Source of the DNA: an uncultured Candidatus Saccharibacteria bacterium
GTDB taxonomy: Bacteria > Patescibacteriota > Doudnabacteria > UBA920
Direction: 5' to 3'
Length of the DNA stretch: 64,000 nt
Assembly: GCA_964524915.1 (NCBI GenBank)
Contig: CAZGEB010000002.1
Span: forward strand, 5,094-69,093
In this document: positions 28,989 to 36,117 of the stretch, piece after piece
How the letters are laid out: each line of letters starts with the position of its first letter
Numbering within the stretch: the stretch's first letter is position 1
The notes under the pieces: generated by a model
Databases searched by the model: none
What the model was told of the DNA's origin: nothing
The model's input: only the letters and a program-made list of their open reading frames with translations
Made by a program: the position numbers and the translations under genes

Positions 28989-29040
28989 CCCCTCCCTTGA
29001 TCCCTCCCCTCAGAAGGGGAGGGGTTTAAGACACAAACTG
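28981..29040. repeat. GC-rich palindromic element (CCCCTCCC-TTGAT-CCCTCCCC-TCAGAA-GGGGAGGGG) between the DUF559 and M16 peptidase genes
   Basis: Canonical copy of the family, at the 5' end of the DUF559 gene and over the C-terminal codons and stop of the M16 peptidase gene (29026). Confidence 0.6.
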
Positions 29041-30291
29041 TTTAAACTTCTTCTCGTCCTTAAAAGGACCTAAAACCACCATGGACATTTTGTTTTTTTG
29101 GAAAAGTTCTTTGGCAACATCTTTTACTTGCTTTGCGGTTACCGCGTCCACGCGAGCAAAGGCTTCTTCTGGAGTGCGAATTTGTTTTTTAAAAGCCGCT
29201 TGTTCCAGCACCCAGTCTAGTCTAGTTTGATTATCTTCCAAGGCCAAAGCAGTTTTTCCTTTCAAATACTCTTTGGCTTTTTTCATTTCCTCCTCACCAA
29301 CTATTTCTTCCGAAATACGCTTGAGTTCTGCCAAAATTACAGAGATAGCCTCATCGCATTTCTCCACGCGCACTCCCGACATTACTCCAAATTCCCCCAC
29401 ATCTTGATATGAATTAGGTGATGCCACCACATAATATGCCAAGCCTCTTTTTTGTCTGACCTCTTCCCAAAGCCTAGAGGACATACCGCCACTCAAGATA
29501 GCAGACAAAACTGCCGTAGCAGGCCCTCGCTTGTCGTCATTTGGAAAACCTTTAAAACCAATACAAACAACTGCTTGCTCATTTTCTTTGTAAATGACTT
29601 TGAGACGTGGCTTTGTTTGTTTGTCTTTGGCTTTTTCCCAGCCACCGCCTTTTTTCTTTTTGACACTTCCCCAATATTTTTTAATCAAAGAATCCAATTC
29701 TCTTTCGTCAAAATTTCCAGACACCCCAATCAACATATTGGTAGTCTGGTAATGCCTTTGCATGTACTCTCTAAAATCTTTTGCGGTAAATTTTTGAATG
29801 GTTTTTTTGTAACCAATAATCTCTCTTCCTAAATGATCTTTTTGCCACATGAGTTTATCCAGGGCTTCTGCTGCGACATTTGTCGGCTGATCCTTGCCCA
29901 TATTCAACTCTTCTATGATCACACCTTTTTCTTTTTCCATCTCCACCTCGTCCAAAAGTGGATTTTGCACCATATCTGTCAAAATATCAAAGATCAAAGC
30001 CAAATGCTTGCCGCGAGTTTTTATAAAAAACTGTGTGTGCTCTTTTCCAGTATTGGCATTGAAGTCGCCACCCAAGCCATCTACTACAGCATTAATAGCC
30101 AAAGGGCTTGGATATTTTTTTGTACCTTTAAATAAAAAGTGCTCTAAAAAATGAGAAATCCCAGCTTCTTTTTCAGACTCACTCCTTGAGCCAGTTTTCA
30201 CAAAAATATCCACGACCACGCTTTCAGTGTCCCTACTTGGAACCTTGATAATTGTCAGTCCATTTGCCAAAACTTGTTTTGTGTAATGCAT
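29026..30291 (-). CDS. M16-family zinc peptidase (insulinase/pitrilysin-like)
   Basis: Inverted zinc motif HFLEHFLFKGT (HxxEH). Confidence 0.85.
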   Translation of the reverse strand: MHYTKQVLANGLTIIKVPSRDTESVVVDIFVKTGSRSESEKEAGISHFLEHFLFKGTKKYPSPLAINAVVDGLGGDFNANTGKEHTQFFIKTRGKHLALIFDILTDMVQNPLLDEVEMEKEKGVIIEELNMGKDQPTNVAAEALDKLMWQKDHLGREIIGYKKTIQKFTAKDFREYMQRHYQTTNMLIGVSGNFDERELDSLIKKYWGSVKKKKGGGWEKAKDKQTKPRLKVIYKENEQAVVCIGFKGFPNDDKRGPATAVLSAILSGGMSSRLWEEVRQKRGLAYYVVASPNSYQDVGEFGVMSGVRVEKCDEAISVILAELKRISEEIVGEEEMKKAKEYLKGKTALALEDNQTRLDWVLEQAAFKKQIRTPEEAFARVDAVTAKQVKDVAKELFQKNKMSMVVLGPFKDEKKFKQFVS

Positions 30292-30292
30292 A

Positions 30293-30550
30293 TTATTTAT
30301 TTTTTAAAAAAGCAAGCAGATCAATCATAAGTTGACTAAACTCCTCCTCAAACCACAACTCCCAGAAGTGATCAGTACTGCTCTTTTCAAGCCGGGCAAT
30401 CCCACTTTCTAGCTTTTGTCTTGCCGCCATAACCGAAGCCGTATTGGGAGATACCACATGATTACACCTAAACTGTTCCAAAGCCCGCCTGGCACTGTCT
30501 AAATCGTCTAAATATCTACGCAACAAAGATTGTTCTGGTGAGTTAGACAT
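30293..30550 (-). CDS. hypothetical protein
   Basis: 85-aa ORF with no motif, part of a run of small minus-strand ORFs. Confidence 0.3.
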   Translation of the reverse strand: MSNSPEQSLLRRYLDDLDSARRALEQFRCNHVVSPNTASVMAARQKLESGIARLEKSSTDHFWELWFEEEFSQLMIDLLAFLKNK

Positions 30551-30582
30551 AAATCATCTTATTATTCAAAAAGTGCAATACT

Positions 30583-30885
30583 CTACCTCCATAAGCACAT
30601 ATATCTTTCGATATCTTTTTTAAAAATTAGTTCTAAGTGTGCCAGCCTAGCATCCGCAGTAGCCACAGATGAAAAATAATATTCATGATTCATAGTGGTG
30701 TGTATTCTAAGATCTCTATGGGCTACTTGCATATCATCAGCCATTTGCCAAAGTTCTGCACCATGCTTATCTCGTAACTCAGGAATACCCCACAAATATT
30801 TCGCTCGTTCCTTTATTGCAAGAGCCAGCTCCGTATAATAATTTATCTCCCTTTGGTATATTTCCTCTTCCGTCACTTGACTCAT
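30583..30885 (-). CDS. hypothetical protein
   Basis: 100-aa ORF with no motif. Confidence 0.3.
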   Translation of the reverse strand: MSQVTEEEIYQREINYYTELALAIKERAKYLWGIPELRDKHGAELWQMADDMQVAHRDLRIHTTMNHEYYFSSVATADARLAHLELIFKKDIERYMCLWR

Positions 30886-31212
30886 TTTACGCTCCTTATA
30901 AAAATCAAAGTCATTAATTCTGAAAATAAAACTTACCGCGGCCTTTGAGTCAATTACTCAAAATATTTATTGACCAAATTCATATAACAAAACAATGCTT
31001 CGCTTGCGGTGCTTAGACAAGCTCTCTTGCCGTATCATAGCATTTATATAGTCTATAAATCTAGCAGCTTCTGACCAAAAAATCTCATCATTTTTTCCTT
31101 GCCATTTTAAAGCCCCAGAAAACTCACCACCAAAGTTTGTCAGCTGTAAACATAACAGTATTCCTAAAAATCTTTGCTCATATATTTAACTTACCAAAAT
31201 AGCACCCTCTTT

Positions 31213-31286
31213 TTGTCATCCCGAGCGAGGTTTTACGAGCCGAGGGATCCCTCCATTCCGCAAAGCCTCCAGTCGGGATGACACAA
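31213..31286. mobile_element. MITE-like element with TTGTCATCCCGAG / TCGGGATGACACAA terminal inverted repeats
   Basis: 11-12-bp terminal inverted repeats about 48 bp apart, immediately 3' of the GIY-YIG nuclease gene. Same terminal inverted-repeat family as 38361-38462 and 40540-40644. Confidence 0.5.
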
Positions 31287-31295
31287 GAGGAATAG

Positions 31296-31595
31296 TTACC
31301 ACTCTAGACTTAAATCTTTCCAACTAGGATTCATTTGTTTTATTAAAAATTCTTTTTTCTCCCTACGCCAACCCTTCAGTTGTTTTTCTCTGATAATGGC
31401 TGATTCAATATTTTCAGTCTCTTCAAAGAAAATCAATTTATGACAATTGTATCTTTTAGTAAATCCTTCTAGTAAATTATTTTTATGCTCGTACACTCTT
31501 CTGACTAAATCATTTGTCACACCAACATACAAAGTCCCGCTCGTACTTGCCATAATATAAACATAATAAAATCTATTTTGCATAATGCAAACCAT
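31296..31595 (-). CDS. GIY-YIG nuclease-domain protein (UPF0213-like)
   Basis: FYYVYIMASTSGTLYVGVTNDLVRRVYEHK...EKQLKGWRREKK. Confidence 0.75.
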   Translation of the reverse strand: MVCIMQNRFYYVYIMASTSGTLYVGVTNDLVRRVYEHKNNLLEGFTKRYNCHKLIFFEETENIESAIIREKQLKGWRREKKEFLIKQMNPSWKDLSLEW

Positions 31596-31626
31596 GCAAC
31601 TTCTTTACCAAAACAATCTCAAAATT

Positions 31627-31977
31627 CATAGCTGTCTCTTAATTTGTATGCGGTGCTTTTTAATATAAGCACTTATATCTGTGACATTCTGAAATTCTTC
31701 AAAAAATACTTCGCAATGTGCAGCCTCTGTACTATAAGCAATTGCATCTATATTTTCCCCCTTATGATACGGCTCTAATTTTTCAATCTTACCATACACA
31801 ATAGCATTCCTTAACTAATCTTGTGGATCTGTCGACCAAGTACTCGCAAGCAACGAAGCCAACTTATTCTGCAAAGCTTCCGCCTCACGCATAAGAGGTG
31901 TGGCATTTCTGCGCTCAAACTGCCGTACCGGTTCTGTAACTCTTACAATAAAATTATCTAATTTACTAAATAAATTC
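31627..31977 (-). pseudogene. disrupted gene: ~116-codon reading frame interrupted by an in-frame TAG at 31813-31815
   Basis: MNLFSKLDNFIVRVTEPVRQ...STDPQD-TAG-LRNAIVYGKIEKLEPYHKGENIDAIAYST...IKRQL. All other genes in the window use standard stops. Confidence 0.35.
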
Positions 31978-32022
31978 ATAAGAATACAATTTTAGTTCTC
32001 AAAAGCATATTGCAAACCTACA

Positions 32023-32316
32023 CTACATACAACCACCCAACAGTTTTACGCACTCCGCTTTTGCCTTAGCATAAAGACTTTCAAAGTCAGGAGAAATACT
32101 AGGTCGGTCCAACATTTCAAGACACTGTGAAAATGCCACCACTACTTGATTATAAGCCTCAAAATCAAATACTGACCCACCCTGAGACAAAGCAAACCTC
32201 AAAACCCTCTCCCACTGTTTAACCTCTGCCACCAATGCAACCCTATCTCTCTCGCGACCAACCGCAGCAGCAGCTAGATTACCACCCTGCAAATACCTCC
32301 AATTTATTTCTGACAT
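32023..32316 (-). CDS. hypothetical protein
   Basis: 97-aa ORF directly upstream of glyQS. No motif. Confidence 0.3.
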   Translation of the reverse strand: MSEINWRYLQGGNLAAAAVGRERDRVALVAEVKQWERVLRFALSQGGSVFDFEAYNQVVVAFSQCLEMLDRPSISPDFESLYAKAKAECVKLLGGCM

Positions 32317-33741
32317 CTATATTTTCTCTCCTAAGTAAGCTGGTAAATCTTTTACAGAAATGCGAACCTGTTCTTGTGTGTCACGGTCGCGTACGGTTAC
32401 AGTATCATCCTCCAAAGTTTGGAAATCTACGGTAATGCAAAAAGGTGTACCAATTTCATCTTGTGAATAATACCTCTTGCCTACATTGCCACGGTCATCC
32501 CAAGCTATGGGTAGGAGTTGCGAGTTGCGAGTTGCGAGTTGCGAGTAAATACTGCGGGCTTTTTCTACCAGCTCGGGTTTGTTTTTTAGCAGTGGAAACA
32601 CTGCACATTTATAAGGAGCTAATTTTGGTGGTAGCGCAAGCCACACTCGTTTTACTTGCGCGTTGTCGTCTAGATCTTCTCTGTAAAACTCAAAAAGAGT
32701 AGATAAAAACAAACGGTTAAAACCCAAAGAAGACTCCACTATATATGGATTAAACCTCTCGCCTGTTGCCTCGTCAAAATAAGTCAAATCTTGACCGGAA
32801 AATTTGGAGTGTTGATCCAGGTCGTAGCTGCCACGATTGTGCAGCCCTTCTATTTCCTTAAATCCCATTTCGGAAAACTCGTACTCTATATCCCATGCAT
32901 CCCTAGCGTAAAAAGCTCTCTCATCCTCTTCGTGTTGACGCCACCTGACACGCTCTTTACTAAATCCCAGAAAATCCACATAAAAATTTTTACGATATTC
33001 TTTCCACTCTTCATAATGTTTGTCTGCGTCCACGGGCGCACAAAAATACTGCACGTCCATTTGTTCAAATTCCCGAGTTCTAAAAAGAAAATTCTTTACT
33101 GTAATTTCATTACGAAAAGCCTTGCCTATTTGGGCAATACCAAAAGGGAGTTTCCTACGAGTAGTATTTTGCACCGACCTCCAGTCCACATAAATATTTT
33201 GGCAACTTTCCCCCTTCAAATAAACAAGGTTACTTGCTTCTTCTGTAGGGCCTAAAAATGTCTTTACTAATAAATTAAACTTTTTGGCAGCGGATAATGC
33301 ATTACCATCTGGACTTTTCAGTCCTTTTGACTGGATGAGGTCACTAGCTTGTTCCGCGGTCAAGGACCCTGCATTTTCCATTAAACCTGCCTCTTCTATC
33401 AAATGATCTGCTCTGTATCTTTTGTGCGTCACCAGATCTTCTACAAGTAAATCAGCAAAACCACCTACGTGACCACTGGCCTCCCAAACTCTTGGGTGCA
33501 TAAAAATCGCACCCTCAATTTCCACCACATCTTCCCGCTTTTGCGTATTCCAATATCTCCAAGCATGTTCTAAATTTTTCTTGAGCAAAAACCCCAAAGG
33601 ACCAAAGTCGTAGGTAGCAGCAAAACCCCCATAAATTTCTGAAGAGGGAAATACAAACCCACGACGCTTACAGAGCGCCACTATTTTTTCCATCTTTCCC
33701 TCCGAAGCCTTGGCAGAGGATAGTAAATTTTCTTGTTGCAT
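32317..33741 (-). CDS. glyQS: glycine--tRNA ligase (dimeric GlyQS type)
   Basis: MEKIVALCKRRGFVFPSSEIYGGFAATYDFGPLG and class II motifs. Carries an in-frame (GAGTTGC)4 repeat at 32515-32545. Confidence 0.9.
   Translation of the reverse strand: MQQENLLSSAKASEGKMEKIVALCKRRGFVFPSSEIYGGFAATYDFGPLGFLLKKNLEHAWRYWNTQKREDVVEIEGAIFMHPRVWEASGHVGGFADLLVEDLVTHKRYRADHLIEEAGLMENAGSLTAEQASDLIQSKGLKSPDGNALSAAKKFNLLVKTFLGPTEEASNLVYLKGESCQNIYVDWRSVQNTTRRKLPFGIAQIGKAFRNEITVKNFLFRTREFEQMDVQYFCAPVDADKHYEEWKEYRKNFYVDFLGFSKERVRWRQHEEDERAFYARDAWDIEYEFSEMGFKEIEGLHNRGSYDLDQHSKFSGQDLTYFDEATGERFNPYIVESSLGFNRLFLSTLFEFYREDLDDNAQVKRVWLALPPKLAPYKCAVFPLLKNKPELVEKARSIYSQLATRNSQLLPIAWDDRGNVGKRYYSQDEIGTPFCITVDFQTLEDDTVTVRDRDTQEQVRISVKDLPAYLGEKI
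32515..32545. repeat. heptanucleotide tandem repeat (AGTTGCG/GAGTTGC)x4 in frame inside glyQS
   Basis: gagttgcgagttgcgagttgcgagttgcgag encodes SQLATRNSQL on the minus strand. Identical tract in tgt (34660-34691). Confidence 0.9.
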
Positions 33742-33750
33742 ATAAATAAC

Positions 33751-33888
33751 TTATTTGCGCAATTTTTTAAGAATAATCTGTCCGATTTCTCGATGCTTGG
33801 GACAAGTATCCTGATGAGTTTCTGAAGAAGTAGCACCACAACTGCAAATAACTTTTTCTGTCTCCTGATTCACTTCTGTGTTTGACAT
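33751..33888 (-). CDS. hypothetical 45-aa Cys-containing peptide
   Basis: MSNTEVNQETEKVICSCGATSSETHQDTCPKHREIGQIILKKLRK. Below the ORF-track cutoff; found by manual translation. Possible Zn-ribbon (C..C...C..H). Confidence 0.25.
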   Translation of the reverse strand: MSNTEVNQETEKVICSCGATSSETHQDTCPKHREIGQIILKKLRK

Positions 33889-34111
33889 ATTTCAGCTTAT
33901 TAAAAATAATAATAAAACAAAAAACTCATCACTAAATATTAGTTTAACACTAAATACTTAGGGACGAGTTTTGAAAAAATAAACCCGCGGTTCCACCCTA
34001 CTTCCCCGCCGATAGCGGGACCACTTTATTAAAATTTATAGCTCCAGCCTGCCACAGCCTTCATAGCTACCATAAGTATATGACAACGACCCCCATGTGT
34101 CAAAAACGAAT

Positions 34112-34384
34112 TTATTTTTTATAATACCTAGGAATCTCGCCACCACCATACTGTTCAGAAGAATTTTCATTATCATCTGGCCATGGTTGAAGCCCTCGAC
34201 GCTCTATTCTTCTAGCAATTTCTTCCGCACTTAAACCACATATAGATTTGTTGTGTTGTGAATGATGAGGCTCGTTAAACACAATCCCAGCTGGACGAGG
34301 AGACAGTCTTAGCTGTTTTGGATCAAAAAAAACCGTCACAGAAAAAATCATGCCGCACTTTTTACACTGTTTTATATCTCTCAT
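34112..34384 (-). CDS. hypothetical small protein
   Basis: MRDIKQCKKCGMIF... 90-aa ORF immediately downstream of tgt. Confidence 0.3.
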   Translation of the reverse strand: MRDIKQCKKCGMIFSVTVFFDPKQLRLSPRPAGIVFNEPHHSQHNKSICGLSAEEIARRIERRGLQPWPDDNENSSEQYGGGEIPRYYKK

Positions 34385-35556
34385 GACTTAATTTCCCTAA
34401 AATCTTCCACCATCTTATCAAAATAATCAAACTCTATTGCTAGCCTGATTTTGCCCATGAGGTTTAGATAAAATCTGAGGTTGTGCATGGTGGCAAGGCG
34501 TAAAGCTAAAGGCTCTCCTGTGGCAAAAAGATGCCTGAGATAAGCTCTGGTGTGATTTAAACAAGCATAGCAATTACAATTTGGATCAATGGGCGTAAAA
34601 TCCTCCGCATACTTCTGTACACGAATATCTATGGTCTCGTAGCCCTCCCCGATTTCTAGTTGCGAGTTGCGAGTTGCGAGTTGCGAGGAAATATATAGTC
34701 TGCCGTGACGCGCTTCTCTACTTGGAATCACACAGTCAAAAGTATCACACCCTCTAGCAACTGCTTGCACTATATCAAAGGGGGTACCCACACCAAGCAA
34801 ATGTTTTGGTGAATTTTCTGGTAAATGTGGGACAGCAGACTCTACCGCGATCATCATTTCATCGTGACCTTCCCCTACTGCCACTCCACCGATAGCAAAA
34901 CCCTCAAACCCCAAAGCCACCATGTCTTCAGCTGATTTCTTTCTTAAATCTGGGAAAGATGCGCCTTGTACAATCCCCCAAAGTTTTTGTCCGCGGTTTA
35001 CCGGGTCACCATCCAAAACTATTCTTTGATGCTCCTTTACAGCCCTCTCTGCCCATCTTTTTGTCAGCTCTATAGACTGTTTTGATCTTTCATACTCAAA
35101 AGGAAAGCCTGGAAAATCATCTAGAATCAAAGCCACATCTGATCCTAAATTTGCTTGAATCTGCACAGACTTTTCTGGAGACAACATTTCTTCTCTACCG
35201 TCTAGGTCAAATTGAAAAAACACTCCGGCTTCTGTCACTTTTCGCATTTTTGCCAAAGAAAAAACTTGAAAGCCGCCACTGTCAGTAAAAATCGGCCCTT
35301 GCCAATTCATAAACTGGTGGAGTCCTCCGGCTTTATAAACAAGTCCATCCCCAGGGCGTTGCCACAAATGATAGGTGTTGGCAAGGATCATTTCTGCCCC
35401 CCAAAATTTCAGCTCTTCACTCGTGACACTTTTTACTGTGCCGCGCGTGCCAATAGGCAAAAAGATCGGCGTATGAACCTGACCGTGATGCGTATTTATA
35501 ATTCCAAGCCTTGCTTTTGACTTAGAATCTTTTTTTAAAATTTCAAAATATGGCAT
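34381..35556 (-). CDS. tgt: queuine tRNA-ribosyltransferase
   Basis: LPIGTRGTVKSV..., zinc site CNCYACLNH. Carries an in-frame (AGTTGCG)4 repeat at 34660-34691. Confidence 0.9.
   Translation of the reverse strand: MPYFEILKKDSKSKARLGIINTHHGQVHTPIFLPIGTRGTVKSVTSEELKFWGAEMILANTYHLWQRPGDGLVYKAGGLHQFMNWQGPIFTDSGGFQVFSLAKMRKVTEAGVFFQFDLDGREEMLSPEKSVQIQANLGSDVALILDDFPGFPFEYERSKQSIELTKRWAERAVKEHQRIVLDGDPVNRGQKLWGIVQGASFPDLRKKSAEDMVALGFEGFAIGGVAVGEGHDEMMIAVESAVPHLPENSPKHLLGVGTPFDIVQAVARGCDTFDCVIPSREARHGRLYISSQLATRNSQLEIGEGYETIDIRVQKYAEDFTPIDPNCNCYACLNHTRAYLRHLFATGEPLALRLATMHNLRFYLNLMGKIRLAIEFDYFDKMVEDFREIKS
34660..34691. repeat. heptanucleotide tandem repeat (AGTTGCG)x4 in frame inside tgt
   Basis: agttgcgagttgcgagttgcgagttgcgag encodes SQLATRNSQL, the same peptide as in glyQS. 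Confidence 0.9.
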
Positions 35557-35565
35557 TGCGTGTCT

Positions 35566-35817
35566 TTACTTACAATTTTTCGCTATCCATTCTTTAGAAA
35601 AAGCAATTCTTGCGTTAATGTCTTCCTTTGGGATTTTGGCATTGTGCATAGCCAAGATTAGCCCCGTCATGTGATCAATACTTAACTCTTTAATACCCAA
35701 CGCAGCAAAATTAACTTCAATAGTGCCGGCACGAAAACCACCACTTGCCACTCGGGACAATGGTGATTTTCTAAATTCTCCACTTGATAGTTCAAAATTC
35801 ATCAGACAAAAAATCAC
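35566..35817 (-). CDS. hypothetical protein
   Basis: 83-aa ORF between tgt and pnp. Confidence 0.3.
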   Translation of the reverse strand: MIFCLMNFELSSGEFRKSPLSRVASGGFRAGTIEVNFAALGIKELSIDHMTGLILAMHNAKIPKEDINARIAFSKEWIAKNCK

Positions 35818-36110
35818 TTAGTTACTGGTTTGGGCGTATAAAATATATCAACCTTAGCCTTACTCAAGTCCACCTCTTCTACAAATTCAAATTCATGTAG
35901 CCTAACATATTTCAAAACTCTTTTTTTCGGCACTCTTCTAACAGGCCCCACCTCAACCTCATAATCTTCTGAAGGTAAATCTAAACTCAAACGAGCAGAC
36001 ACCTCAATCGATTCGTCTGGCAAATCGGCTGGCCTGACCTCCATTTCAGCATGTAACCACTGCATATTTTCCAATTTACCACCATCTAATATTCTTTTTA
36101 TTACGCCCAT
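35814..36110 (-). CDS. hypothetical protein
   Basis: ORF trimmed to the internal ATG at 36110 to avoid overlap with the pnp stop. No motif. Confidence 0.3.
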   Translation of the reverse strand: MGVIKRILDGGKLENMQWLHAEMEVRPADLPDESIEVSARLSLDLPSEDYEVEVGPVRRVPKKRVLKYVRLHEFEFVEEVDLSKAKVDIFYTPKPVTK

Positions 36111-36117
36111 ATAAAAA

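Noticed and set aside
32515-34691. CRISPR array, considered because of the short direct repeats
   Set aside because: The units are 7 nt, contiguous, without spacers, and lie inside protein-coding genes. No cas genes are present.
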